Assembly: GCA_046484425.1 (NCBI GenBank)
Contig: JAWOIY010000227.1
Span: 9,725-73,724 of the forward strand
Length of the DNA stretch: 64,000 nt
Direction: 5' to 3'
Origin: Desulfobacterales bacterium
GTDB lineage: Bacteria; Desulfobacterota; Desulfobacteria; Desulfobacterales; UBA11574
A program made the translations under genes and the position numbers. Of this stretch, positions 29,807 to 39,684 are shown in pieces. Positions within the stretch are counted from its first letter, which is position 1; every line of letters starts with the position of its first letter. Below the pieces are notes generated by a model. It had not been told where the DNA came from and did no database searches. It worked only from the letters and a program-made list of their open reading frames with translations.

Positions 29807-30600
29807 CCCTTTGCTTTTTCGATAATTTTGTCGTATTCACGGCAATATTCCGGCAGTTCTTTTTCAACGAAAATTCCCCTTTCTATAAGGTCCGGATTTT
29901 CTTTTTTGGCTTTAGATCCGATGGGCGTGGTCTTCTTTTTATAACCTTCCATCATATCGACGGCGCTTCCCTCGCGGTTCTTTCTTCCAAAGTAGGTTGG
30001 GCACTGGGTCAAAACTTCTACCACTGAAAATCCTTCGTGCAAAATCGCCTGTTTCAGGATCTTTGTCAGCTCTTGGACATGGTAGGTGGTGCTTCGGGCA
30101 ACAAAAGAGGCCCCCGCAGCCGTGGCCAGCTTAACGGTGTCAAACGCGTGGTCTATGTTGATATAGGGCGCTGTGGTTGCAAGGGTTCCGTATCCCGAAA
30201 GGGGAGAGTACTGTCCGCCGGTCATACCGTAAATACGATTGTTCATGACAATAGCGGTTAAATCGATATTTCGCCGGGCGGCGTGAATGAAATGGTTTCC
30301 GCCGATGGCCAGTGCATCGCCGTCTCCCATGGGGACGATGAGGTTCAACTCGGGCAGACTCAGTTTAACGCCGGTGGCAAAGGCCAGCGCACGACCGTGA
30401 AGGGTATGGAGCGTATGAAAGTCGAGATATCCCGTGATACGGGATGAACATCCGATCCCCGAGACCATGACGATTTCATTTTTGCTCATTCCAAGTTCAT
30501 CCAAGGCTCTCAGAAGACTGTTCATCACGATGCCGTGTCCGCAACCCGGGCACCAGATGTGCGGAAAAAATCTTTCCCTGATATAATTCTTTACCGCCAT
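29797..30600 (-). CDS. korB: 2-oxoacid:ferredoxin oxidoreductase subunit beta (TPP-binding)
   Basis: WCPGCGHG, GDGD and GMTGGQ motifs. Confidence 0.9.
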   Translation of the reverse strand: MAVKNYIRERFFPHIWCPGCGHGIVMNSLLRALDELGMSKNEIVMVSGIGCSSRITGYLDFHTLHTLHGRALAFATGVKLSLPELNLIVPMGDGDALAIGGNHFIHAARRNIDLTAIVMNNRIYGMTGGQYSPLSGYGTLATTAPYINIDHAFDTVKLATAAGASFVARSTTYHVQELTKILKQAILHEGFSVVEVLTQCPTYFGRKNREGSAVDMMEGYKKKTTPIGSKAKKENPDLIERGIFVEKELPEYCREYDKIIEKAKGLK

Positions 30601-30603
30601 GAA

Positions 30604-31755
30604 TTACACTCCTTTTCCCTGGATCACCCGCAGTATGTTTCGAATATCCGTCGGTGTGATAAAAACACCGTCGATTCGATTGGCCAGAAAAACTTTTTCG
30701 GGCCGGTCCACGGCCTTTCGGACCTCCTGCATGATTTGGCCCATATTCATTTCCACCACCACGACATATTTCGAATTGGCGCACTTTTCCCGAACAAGAG
30801 CATAGGGAAACGGCCATAACGTCTGGAGTTCCAAAAGCCCCAGTTTTTCGCCCCGAGGTCTTCTGCTGACGACCACATGATTGGCCGATCGGGCTGCGGA
30901 TCCGTATGAAACCAGGACGATTTCGGCATCTTTTAAGTAATATTCCTTATAACGGGTAATTTGCTTGACATTGTTTTGGATCTTATCCACCAAATGGCGA
31001 AGAAGACCGTGGACAATTTTGGGATTGTCCGAGGGGAATCCCCACATGTCATGAAACAGCCCGGTCACGTTGTATCGATGAACACCGCCGAAATCGGACA
31101 TGGGGAGACGTCCGTCTTCCCTCGGGAGGTAGGGGTGATAATCGACGCCTTCCTTCACCGATGTCCGGAGTCGTTTTACCAGCGGCAACTCTCCTTTTTT
31201 GGGCACAATCAGGCGTTCCCGCATATGGCCCACGACCTCATCATACAACAGGATCACGGGTGTTCGGTAGGTTTCTGAAATATTAAACGCATCAACGGTG
31301 GTTTGGAACACATCCTGGTGATTGGATGCCGTAATGGTAACGATGGCATGGTCGCCGTGGGTTCCCCATCGAGCCTGATTCACATCTCCCTGGCTGACAT
31401 GGGTCGGAATTCCGGTGGAGGGTCCTCCACGCTGGACATTGACGATCACACAGGGAATCTCGGCCATGATGGCATATCCCAGGGATTCCTGCATCAGGGA
31501 AAATCCGGGTCCGCTGGTGGCAGTCATGACCTTACTGCCCGTAAGAGAAGCGCCGATGATGGCGCACATGGATGCAATTTCGTCTTCCATTTGGATAAAC
31601 TTGCCTCCCGTTTGGGGGAGCCGGTAGGATAGAAGTTCGGCGATTTCCGTCGAAGGTGTGATGGGATAGCCGGCAAAGAAATCGAGCCCCGCGTAGAGTG
31701 CACCTTCAACACATGCCTCGTTTCCTTGAATAAATTTGATGCTTTCTTTTTTCAT
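30604..31755 (-). CDS. korA: 2-oxoacid:ferredoxin oxidoreductase subunit alpha
   Basis: GNEA..GA..AG...FAGYPITPSTEI motif. Overlaps korD by 4 nt. Confidence 0.9.
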   Translation of the reverse strand: MKKESIKFIQGNEACVEGALYAGLDFFAGYPITPSTEIAELLSYRLPQTGGKFIQMEDEIASMCAIIGASLTGSKVMTATSGPGFSLMQESLGYAIMAEIPCVIVNVQRGGPSTGIPTHVSQGDVNQARWGTHGDHAIVTITASNHQDVFQTTVDAFNISETYRTPVILLYDEVVGHMRERLIVPKKGELPLVKRLRTSVKEGVDYHPYLPREDGRLPMSDFGGVHRYNVTGLFHDMWGFPSDNPKIVHGLLRHLVDKIQNNVKQITRYKEYYLKDAEIVLVSYGSAARSANHVVVSRRPRGEKLGLLELQTLWPFPYALVREKCANSKYVVVVEMNMGQIMQEVRKAVDRPEKVFLANRIDGVFITPTDIRNILRVIQGKGV

Positions 31756-31967
31756 TGTTCATCCTGTTCGGTTTCTATCTCGATGGCAAGATCGGGGCAT
31801 CGGAGTTCACAGAGCTTGCAGCAGATACAGTCTGCAGACCGAGCCGGAAATACCTTATCGTTATCATTGAGTTCCAGAACGTTTTTGGGACAGAAATGGA
31901 CGCAAATACCACACCCCTTGCACCATTCAGGATTTATTATATGCGCTTTTAATCTGGGCCTTGCCAT
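31752..31967 (-). CDS. korD: 2-oxoacid:ferredoxin oxidoreductase subunit delta (2x[4Fe-4S] ferredoxin)
   Basis: CKGCGICVHFCP and CICCKLCELRCP cluster motifs in 71 aa. Confidence 0.88.
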   Translation of the reverse strand: MARPRLKAHIINPEWCKGCGICVHFCPKNVLELNDNDKVFPARSADCICCKLCELRCPDLAIEIETEQDEQ

Positions 31968-31985
31968 GAAAATATCCTTTTATTT

Positions 31986-32265
31986 CAGAGGTCGGGGAGC
32001 CTTTCTTTGTTGAAACGCTCCATGGATAATGCTTTTTTTCAAACCGCGTAAACTCGTGGTTAACGGATCGTAAAGAAAGAACAGGACTTGAGGCCATAAT
32101 AATGGGTTCGAATCAGCGCAGCCACTTTCCTGCTGTCGAAATGTTCCGGTATGCATCTGTTCTTTCCGACGATCCCTAAACCACTCAAACAGTACACGCT
32201 TTTAAAAAAAGATCATCCATTCCGCGGATACATAATTACTTGTAATAAAAACTCCCCGACCCCTG
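31986..32265. repeat. nested long-range inverted repeats upstream of korD
   Basis: cagaggtcggggag (31986-31999) pairs with ctccccgacccctg (32252-32265), 13/14. The inner arms 32057-32084 and 32157-32184 are imperfect. Confidence 0.5.
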
Positions 32266-32424
32266 ATTTAAAATATAATACATTGATAATGAAGGTTTCG
32301 CAATAAACAAATAAAACAGGTTCTTGCGAAAAGGTCACATATGGATTGCATAATGATATAACATCCGAATGTCAAGGGGATATGATAATGACCGGATCTA
32401 AATTCTCTTTTGGTTATCGGTTGC

Positions 32425-33666
32425 CTATCCTGATACTCTGACCAAAATTCCGGCATTGGGTATGGCTGCGAGGGATCCTGTTGATCCCTTTAAGATCATC
32501 CTTGCCTGATTCATCGAGATCTTTTCGACGCCGATAGTACGGCAGAGGCCTTCCCCGAGATCGGTAACCATGAGAATCCGGATTCGCTTCAGTTTGGCCA
32601 TCATGGAGAGGGCCGTTCCGCCGTTGCCTTCATAGTTTCCTGCCAGTTTGTCAAACGCTGTTTCCCAATTCCCGATTTCAAACCAGGGGAGAAAAGTGCT
32701 GGATCCGATGCCGTCCGGACATTGGGCCAGGACGATCAGGGCTCCGCCGTCACGGACAAACTTCGACGCATGTTCAATGGCTTTATGACTTTGGATAAAG
32801 TTGATATCCTTTGGGAATCCATTGCAGGAGGCAATCACCAGGTCGTATGCTTCGCCGGTGTCTATTTCGCAGTTTTTTCCGTGTGCAGCGCACGCATTTC
32901 GAAAATGATCGGTTCCGGTTCCCGGTAACAGGTCGCAAACCCGCCCCTTGCTGTCGAGGATACCGTGGACGGCCAGATCCGCCGGCCGAAAGGTTTCAAA
33001 TTCCGCCAAATCTTCTGCCAGGGGATTTTGATCCAGTACGCCCGACCGGCAAAACAACGAAAGGGTTCTGCGATTACGATCCAGAAACAGGCCATGGTTG
33101 TGATAGATCGAATCCCGGTGACCCAGCCCCGGAAAAATCAGCTTTCGACCGCCGCCGTAGCCGGCAAAATAATGATGGGAGACAGCACCGAAAGTCACCA
33201 GAAACGTTGTGTCAAGAATGTCGCGACGAATCAGCACCGGGGTGTCGCGAGAGGTTTTTCCCAAATTGATAAAGGCATTGTCATCCAGGCAGTCGTGATG
33301 GACAAACCGAATGTTTTTGTACGTATCCCCATAGGCTGCGAAGCATTCTTTATCCGTTTGCGGTGCGTGGGTGCCGTAAGCGATAAACACCGTTATCCCA
33401 TCGGGGGTTGCGCCAAAGTCTTGAAGTGTTGAGAGAAGCACCGGAAGAAATTCCGGGTAACCGCACAGCCGGGTTTTGTCGCCGACAACGATGGAAATAT
33501 TTGAGACTTCAGGATGCAAACGTTCAAGTTTATCACGAAGTCTTGATGTAAACTCAGACGGGGTTATCCTTATTTCAGGCTCATGTATTCGAAAAATCTT
33601 TGCTTGATCCGGCAGGATCAAAGGGATTTTTTCGTTCCCGTATTTAATGTTTATCGCTAAGGTCAT
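32425..33666 (-). CDS. LarA-like (lactate racemase N-terminal domain, DUF2088) protein
   Basis: VGDKTR, AYGTHAP and HYFAGYGGGRKLIFPG motifs resemble the nickel-pincer LarA family. ATG at 33666 is preferred over TTG at 33717. Confidence 0.75.
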   Translation of the reverse strand: MTLAINIKYGNEKIPLILPDQAKIFRIHEPEIRITPSEFTSRLRDKLERLHPEVSNISIVVGDKTRLCGYPEFLPVLLSTLQDFGATPDGITVFIAYGTHAPQTDKECFAAYGDTYKNIRFVHHDCLDDNAFINLGKTSRDTPVLIRRDILDTTFLVTFGAVSHHYFAGYGGGRKLIFPGLGHRDSIYHNHGLFLDRNRRTLSLFCRSGVLDQNPLAEDLAEFETFRPADLAVHGILDSKGRVCDLLPGTGTDHFRNACAAHGKNCEIDTGEAYDLVIASCNGFPKDINFIQSHKAIEHASKFVRDGGALIVLAQCPDGIGSSTFLPWFEIGNWETAFDKLAGNYEGNGGTALSMMAKLKRIRILMVTDLGEGLCRTIGVEKISMNQARMILKGSTGSLAAIPNAGILVRVSG

Positions 33667-33740
33667 AGAATGCTTCAAATGGCACCGGCGCGAGATCGGA
33701 AACCGGCCCAAGATCAATCGGATCGAATTTATCAGATTTT

Positions 33741-33812
33741 GTAAGAGTTTAGTCTTTTGAAAATGAATCGCGAAGCTTCCTAAACACAGATTTGTTTCAA
33801 AAAGCTAAACAG
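33741..33812. mobile_element. 72-bp palindromic MITE-like element, family B copy B1
   Basis: gtaagagtttagtcttttgaaa...tttcaaaaagctaaacag. Flanked by the perfect 12-bp direct repeat ttatcagatttt at 33729-33740 and 33813-33824. Abuts the icd stop codon. Confidence 0.75.
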
Positions 33813-33824
33813 TTATCAGATTTT

Positions 33825-35066
33825 TTAAATTGGTGCATGTCGATTAATGTGCCGAACAATTTCTTCCGCAAACTGCGAACATTTGACCTCAACGGCACCC
33901 TCCATTTGCCTGGCCAGATCATAGGTTACCCGCTTGTTCGCCACGGCCTTTGACAATCCTTCCCGCACCCGGTCCGCGGCCGCTTTCCAGCCAAGGTAGT
34001 CGAGCATCATGGCCCCGGAGAGAATCAGTGAACCGGGATTGACCTTATCCTGTCCGGCGTACTTCGGGGCGGTTCCATGGGTTGCCTCAAAAAGGGCGAT
34101 GCCGTCACCGATGTTGGCTCCGGGCGCCATTCCGAGTCCTCCAACCATTGCCGCCAGCGCATCGGAAATATAGTCCCCGTTCAGATTGGGCATGGCCAGT
34201 ACATCATACTCAGCAGGACGTAAAAGAATCTGTTGAAACATGGCATCCGCGATCCTGTCCTTGATTAAAACCTTGCCAGGAGGTGTTTCTCCATTGTAGT
34301 CGTCCCATAACTCCTGTTCGGTAAGGGTGTTTTTCCCGAATTCTTCCTTTGCGATTTCATAGCCCCAGGTCCGAAACGCGCCTTCGGTAAACTTCATGAT
34401 GTTCCCTTTGTGCACAATGGTGACGCTTTTTTTCTTGTGTTCAAGGGCATGTTCGATAGCCATGCGGACCAGCCTGCGGGTTCCGAAACGGCTGATGGGT
34501 TTCAGCCCCACACCCGAGTCGGGCCGGATGTCTTTGCCGTCCTCGGCTTTGACCAGATCGATAATTTTTTTGGCTGTGGCGGAACCGGCTTCCCATTCAA
34601 TGCCCATGTAAACATCTTCGATATTTTCTCTGAAGATGACCATATCCACGTCCGACGGCTTTACCATGGGGCTCGGAATACCTGGAATATACTTCACCGG
34701 TCGAACACAGGCGTACAGATCGAGCTCCTGTCGCAAGCCCACATTGATACTGCGGATGCCTCCACCCACGGGGGTCGTCAGCGGTCCTTTGATGGCCACG
34801 CGGTACGTTCTGATTTTTTCGAGGGTTTCGTCCGGAAGCCAGGTGGTCGTTCGGTTATACGCCTTTTCTCCGGCCAGAATTTCCAGCCACTGAATTTTTC
34901 GTTTGTCTCCGAAGGCATTCAAAACGGCCGCATCCAATACCCGTTTGGCGGCCTGCCAGATATCCGGTCCGGTGCCGTCACCTTCGATAAAGGGAATTAC
35001 CGGAAAGTCCGGAACAATGAGTTTCCCATCCGCCGAATATAAAATCGCTCCGCTCTGTTCAGTCAT
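33825..35066 (-). CDS. icd: NADP-dependent isocitrate dehydrogenase
   Basis: Full-length homodimeric IDH resemblance ([39 protein letters not shown]). Confidence 0.95.
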   Translation of the reverse strand: MTEQSGAILYSADGKLIVPDFPVIPFIEGDGTGPDIWQAAKRVLDAAVLNAFGDKRKIQWLEILAGEKAYNRTTTWLPDETLEKIRTYRVAIKGPLTTPVGGGIRSINVGLRQELDLYACVRPVKYIPGIPSPMVKPSDVDMVIFRENIEDVYMGIEWEAGSATAKKIIDLVKAEDGKDIRPDSGVGLKPISRFGTRRLVRMAIEHALEHKKKSVTIVHKGNIMKFTEGAFRTWGYEIAKEEFGKNTLTEQELWDDYNGETPPGKVLIKDRIADAMFQQILLRPAEYDVLAMPNLNGDYISDALAAMVGGLGMAPGANIGDGIALFEATHGTAPKYAGQDKVNPGSLILSGAMMLDYLGWKAAADRVREGLSKAVANKRVTYDLARQMEGAVEVKCSQFAEEIVRHINRHAPI

Positions 35067-35108
35067 GTAAACTCCTCTGTTTCTGCATAAAGTTTTCCGT
35101 ACTGGGCA

Positions 35109-36275
35109 CTAGATGAATCTCTTCATCAGCTCATCTATCACCTCATCCACATTTTCAGGGGTAATTCCAAACGCTTTACAGGCCTTTTCCGCCCTCTCCA
35201 GGCGGCGGCGGTTTTTCATATCGCTCAGACGGGAAAAGAATCCGAGCCTTCTCCCGACCTGATAGACACATTGGCGGTCCGGCGGCATATCTAAAAAACG
35301 GCGGACAATGTCCATCATATTTTCTTTATCCCCGGGCAACTTCCCTTCCAGGTTCTGAAAAAGGTTCAGAATATGGTCGCTTTTAACCACACTGGTAATG
35401 CCGTTCAACGATTCAATGAAAAGCAGAACCTCCTTGGCCATCATCAGATCCGTGCATTTTTCAAAACGGCCGGTTTCATAATCATCGTACAGTTCCACGC
35501 TGTTGGGAATCGCCAATGTCCTGAGCCTTATGAAATCCGGATTTATTTGGTTTAATGCATCGGCGGTTTCTATGGCATGTTCCTCGGAAAATATTTTTCC
35601 GCCCAGACCCGGCATAACATATTCCGACAATTCCATGCCAGCCTTTTTTATCTTGAGTCCGGCCAGAATATGGGTTTTTTTGCTTACCCCCTTTTTGGCC
35701 ATCTTTAACACCTTGTCCGAACCGGATTCGAGGCCGATGTGAACCCGGTTTAATCCGGCATCCCTTAAGGTTTTCAGGTGGTCATCGTTAATTCGGGCGA
35801 TGGTGTGGGACCGGGCATAGGAAGTAATCCGTTCCACCCGGGGAAAGCGTGTTTTTAGATGCGTCAGGATCTCCACCAGGTCTGAAGGCTTTATAATAAG
35901 GCTGTTTGCATCCTGGATAAACACCGATCGCATTCCGCCGGAAACCCAGTTCAAAGCAGCATTAAAAGCACTGGGATCCAAATCGTTATAATTCCCGGCA
36001 ACTCTGCGAATCTCAGCAAGGGGGGCTCCTCCGGTTTTACCGGCCGTTTCCCGGATAATTTCAACACATCGATGAACCGAATCAATATCTTTTTTTACGT
36101 GACCCACCGGACGAATGGAAAACCGTGATTCCTTATAAACCGGGCAGAATGTACAGCGATTCCATGGACAATTTCGCGTAACACGGACAAGAAGGCTGTA
36201 AGCTTCACTGGGCGGCCGTATGGGCCCCTGTTCAAATCCCTTGTATTCTTCGGTCAAATGGTTTTTTAGATTCAT
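35109..36275 (-). CDS. radical SAM protein (unassigned subfamily)
   Basis: GPIRPPSEAYSLLVRVTRNCPWNRCTFCPVY near the N-terminus, with an Elp3/MiaB-like core. Confidence 0.8.
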   Translation of the reverse strand: MNLKNHLTEEYKGFEQGPIRPPSEAYSLLVRVTRNCPWNRCTFCPVYKESRFSIRPVGHVKKDIDSVHRCVEIIRETAGKTGGAPLAEIRRVAGNYNDLDPSAFNAALNWVSGGMRSVFIQDANSLIIKPSDLVEILTHLKTRFPRVERITSYARSHTIARINDDHLKTLRDAGLNRVHIGLESGSDKVLKMAKKGVSKKTHILAGLKIKKAGMELSEYVMPGLGGKIFSEEHAIETADALNQINPDFIRLRTLAIPNSVELYDDYETGRFEKCTDLMMAKEVLLFIESLNGITSVVKSDHILNLFQNLEGKLPGDKENMMDIVRRFLDMPPDRQCVYQVGRRLGFFSRLSDMKNRRRLERAEKACKAFGITPENVDEVIDELMKRFI

Positions 36276-36428
36276 ATTCAGTGAGAAACCCTTAAGTTTT
36301 TAAGGTGTCGGGGGTTTTTGATTTTGACCCCCCGAATCTTTTTTTCAAACCGTTCTTACATCGAATCATAAACATCGCAGCTATTAAATCAAGCAATTTG
36401 GAAAAAGCCAATATTAAATTTTAAGTAA

Positions 36429-36500
36429 TTGTTTAGATTTTTGAAACAAATCTGTTTTTAGGAAGCTTCGCGATTCATTTTCAAAAGGCTAAACGCTTAC
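36429..36500. mobile_element. family B copy B2 (opposite orientation)
   Basis: The reverse complement aligns with B1 over all 72 nt with few mismatches. Flanked by aattttaagtaa (36417-36428) and aattttcagtaa (36501-36512), an 11/12 match. Confidence 0.75.
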
Positions 36501-36596
36501 AATTTTCAGTAAGCTATCTCAATGGCCATAACTTCTTTGACAATCCATGCTGTTTTGAGATAGAATCGGACAACTTTTGCCAGGGGGCATTGTAAT

Positions 36597-37601
36597 TTGA
36601 AGAAATTTAGCGTCGTTGTTTTACTCATACTGTTTTTTCTTTTTGTCGGTGTTGCCGGTATTTATCTGAATATTATCGCCTATGCCCGAAAACCGGGAAG
36701 TACAGAGCCTGGCGAACAAGTGGTTATCGTTCAATCCGGCCAGAAATTTAGGACGATTTCTGAATTGCTTCATAAAAAGGGTATGATCAGTTATCCGGTC
36801 AAATTCAGATTGTTCGCCCGCATCAAAGGGTATGACAATCGGATAAAGGCCGGGGAATATCTGCTGTCCTCTGCCATGACGCCGGGAAAAATACTCGAGA
36901 TCATGGTGGATGGGAAGGTGCGCCTTCACAGGCTTACCATACCGGAAGGATATAACCTGAGGCAGATTGCCCAGGCTGTTGAAACAGCAGGGTTCGGGAC
37001 AGAAGCCGATTTTTTAAAAGTCGCAACCGATCCTGAGTTTGTAATTGCCGCTGGGATTGAGGCCCAAACCCTTGAAGGATATCTTTTCCCCGACACCTAC
37101 TACTTCCCGTTAGGCGCAAAACCCAAAGAAATTATATCCGCAATGATGAAACGATTCCGATCCGCAATCAGGCCGGAATGGAAAGAACGGGCCAAAAATC
37201 TGGAGTTAACGGTTCATCAGGTGGTAACCCTTGCCTCGATGATTGAAAAGGAGACCGGTGTTGCTTCTGAACGAGCCCTTATCTCATCTGTGTTCCACAA
37301 TCGGATGAAACGGAACATGCGTTTAGAGAGCGACCCTACGGTGATCTATGGCATAGAGGACTTTGACGGTAATATCACCCGAAAAGATCTGGCCTATCCA
37401 ACGCCTTACAACACATATACCATAAAGGGGCTTCCGCCCGGGCCGATTTCAAATTCCGGCATCGAAGCCATTGAGGCAGCTCTTTATCCGGCGGACACGA
37501 AGTATCTCTATTTTGTTTCCAGAAAAGACCGGACGCACCAGTTTTCAACGAATTTCAAAGACCATAACCTGGCCGTTCGAACATACCAGTTGGGCCGATA
37601 A
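36597..37601 (+). CDS. mltG: endolytic murein transglycosylase MltG (YceG-like)
   Basis: N-terminal TM helix, LASMIEKET motif, YNTYTIKGLPPGPISN. TTG start at 36597. Confidence 0.9.
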   Translation: MKKFSVVVLLILFFLFVGVAGIYLNIIAYARKPGSTEPGEQVVIVQSGQKFRTISELLHKKGMISYPVKFRLFARIKGYDNRIKAGEYLLSSAMTPGKILEIMVDGKVRLHRLTIPEGYNLRQIAQAVETAGFGTEADFLKVATDPEFVIAAGIEAQTLEGYLFPDTYYFPLGAKPKEIISAMMKRFRSAIRPEWKERAKNLELTVHQVVTLASMIEKETGVASERALISSVFHNRMKRNMRLESDPTVIYGIEDFDGNITRKDLAYPTPYNTYTIKGLPPGPISNSGIEAIEAALYPADTKYLYFVSRKDRTHQFSTNFKDHNLAVRTYQLGR

Positions 37602-37612
37602 AAAAAGATGTA

Positions 37613-38488
37613 ATGGCTATACCTGTAAACTCCCCCAGCAGACCGGACACAGATCGTCGAACCATCCGCCGGGAAGTGCTCGCCATCGTAAATGGGTCAG
37701 AAAAAAGACTGACGCCCATGGAACTGCGAAAATGGCTTTACGGCAAATTTCTAATCGACAAAAAAATATTCAAAAGTGTTGTCAGAGATTTGGTCTCGGA
37801 ACAAGAACTCATATACACGTATCAGTTTGGTTGTACATTTCTTGAAAAATCATATAACAAACCGATTCGCATTTCAAAACACGTGATATTGAAACCCTCC
37901 GGCACACAATATCGATCGAATTCCAATGACGTCGTTATTGAAATACAGCAGGGCGTTGCATTCGGTTCCGGCGACCATCCCACAACACGACTGGCAATTC
38001 AGGGAATAGAGGCCGCCCTGTTCGGGGAAGACGGTTTCGAAAAAGAAGATGAGACGCGGGCACTGGACATCGGCACCGGATCGGGCGTTCTTGCCCTTAC
38101 GTCCGTATTGTTGGGGATAAAAAGTGCTGTTGGGATCGATATCGATCCCTGTGCCAGGGCTGAAGCAAAAAAGAACGTTTGGCTGAACCATCTTGAACAT
38201 CGAATCGAGATTCTTGATCATTTTATCGAAGAAATTAACGGGAAATTTTCTTTGATTACTGCCAACCTTCGTTATCCGACGCTCAATAGACTTTGTCCTC
38301 GTATGGCTCAAATATTGGACGAAAAAGGGGCAGTTGTGATCTCGGGAATTAAAACCGATGAGGTCAAGGATCTATTGAACTGTTTTTCACAAAACTGCTT
38401 TCGATGTACCTGGAAAGCGGTTGAAAAGGGATGGGTAGGGATGGTATATCAAAAGCTGAAAGCTGAAAGCTCAAAGGTGAAAGCTTAA
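37613..38488 (+). CDS. prmA: ribosomal protein L11 methyltransferase-like (PrmA family)
   Basis: GVAFGSGDHPTTRLA and LDIGTGSGVLAL motifs. The last 11 codons are encoded by a tandem heptamer repeat. Confidence 0.8.
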   Translation: MAIPVNSPSRPDTDRRTIRREVLAIVNGSEKRLTPMELRKWLYGKFLIDKKIFKSVVRDLVSEQELIYTYQFGCTFLEKSYNKPIRISKHVILKPSGTQYRSNSNDVVIEIQQGVAFGSGDHPTTRLAIQGIEAALFGEDGFEKEDETRALDIGTGSGVLALTSVLLGIKSAVGIDIDPCARAEAKKNVWLNHLEHRIEILDHFIEEINGKFSLITANLRYPTLNRLCPRMAQILDEKGAVVISGIKTDEVKDLLNCFSQNCFRCTWKAVEKGWVGMVYQKLKAESSKVKA

Positions 38489-38489
38489 A
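38453..38489. repeat. tandem heptamer array AGCTGAA x5 (degenerate)
   Basis: aagctga aagctga aagctca aaggtga aagctta aa. It overlaps the last codons and the stop of prmA. Confidence 0.65.
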
Positions 38490-38496
38490 AACTTAT

Positions 38497-38628
38497 GGAA
38501 CACAGATGACACAGATTGTGCGGATTTTCGCGGATATAAAGAAATTAGAGGGCTTCGCCCCAATTGTGAGCGGAGCGAACCAACTTGAATATCTGTGTAG
38601 ATCCGTTAAATCTGCGTCATCTGTGTCC
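38497..38628. repeat. hairpin element E1 (cacagat-word arms)
   Basis: ggaacacagatgacacagatt... on the left pairs with ...aatctgcgtcatctgtgtcc on the right. The core contains gtgagcggagcgaac (38566-38580). Confidence 0.7.
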
Positions 38629-38652
38629 TGTAAATAAAAAAACAAATGACCA

Positions 38653-39657
38653 ATGAACATGACCTCATTTACACCTGAACAATCGGCAGGGCAGCGTTTG
38701 ATGGTGGGATTTGACGGAACCGAGTTCAACCCGGAGCTCGAGTTCCTCATTGACACGTTGAAGGTGGGCGGCATCATCCTCTTTTCCAGGAACCTGATAG
38801 ATCCGGGCCAGATCAAGAACCTCTGTTTAACAATGCAGTCGTATGCTTGTTTTTCCGGACAGCCGCCGCTTTTAATCGCCATCGATCAGGAGGGGGGCCG
38901 GGTGGCCCGACTTAAGGATCCGTTTACCCGGTTTCCGGGCAACCCGAAGATGAAAGGGCCTGAAGATGCCGTCTTTTTTGCAAAAACAACGGCCAGGGAG
39001 CTTCTAGACGTCGGTATCAACATGAACCTGGCGCCGGTATTGGATGTTGCGCTTCAAGGCATAAACAGTGTCATGGCGGACCGGGCTTTCGGCCATGATC
39101 CGGGGTGGGTGTCCGAATTGGGTACGGCGATGATCGAACATCTGCAGACGGAAAAAATCATGGCGGTGGCCAAGCACTTTCCGGGCATCGGCCGAACCGT
39201 CCTTGATTCCCATTTTGAATTGCCGGATCTGGACATCGATATGGATGCCATGCAGGGATTCGATCTGCTTCCTTTCAAAGCCGCCATCGATCATCAGGTG
39301 GCAGGCATCATGCTCTCTCACATCCGTTACCTGAAGATCGACCCGGATTGGCCGGCCAGTCTGTCGACCATCATTGCCGAGGACCTTCTGCGAAACCGCA
39401 TGGGCTATGACGGTGTTGTCATGACCGATGATCTCGACATGGGCGCCGTTCAGAAGCATTATGATGTCAACACCGCCATCCGGCGGATCCTTCTGGCGGA
39501 TATCGATATGGCTCTGATCTGCCATGCAGGACCGAACATCGAAAATGCATTCAAAGAGATATTGGATGTCCAGGTCCGATCTTCCTCGATGAAGGACAAA
39601 GGAATGAAATCTTTGGAACGGATTATGAGGCTCAAATCGAAATATTTGAGTGATTAG
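38653..39657 (+). CDS. nagZ: beta-N-acetylhexosaminidase (GH3, NagZ)
   Basis: IDQEGGRV, KHFPGIGR and VMTDDLDM motifs. Confidence 0.9.
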   Translation: MNMTSFTPEQSAGQRLMVGFDGTEFNPELEFLIDTLKVGGIILFSRNLIDPGQIKNLCLTMQSYACFSGQPPLLIAIDQEGGRVARLKDPFTRFPGNPKMKGPEDAVFFAKTTARELLDVGINMNLAPVLDVALQGINSVMADRAFGHDPGWVSELGTAMIEHLQTEKIMAVAKHFPGIGRTVLDSHFELPDLDIDMDAMQGFDLLPFKAAIDHQVAGIMLSHIRYLKIDPDWPASLSTIIAEDLLRNRMGYDGVVMTDDLDMGAVQKHYDVNTAIRRILLADIDMALICHAGPNIENAFKEILDVQVRSSSMKDKGMKSLERIMRLKSKYLSD

Positions 39658-39684
39658 CTAACCCTATCAGGAATTTCCTTTTTT

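Noticed and set aside
32101-32117. The tRNA T-loop-like string tgggttcgaatcagc in the centre of the kor upstream inverted repeat.
   Set aside because: I could fold no acceptor, D or anticodon arms around it. Only the GGTTCGAATC-like heptad is present.
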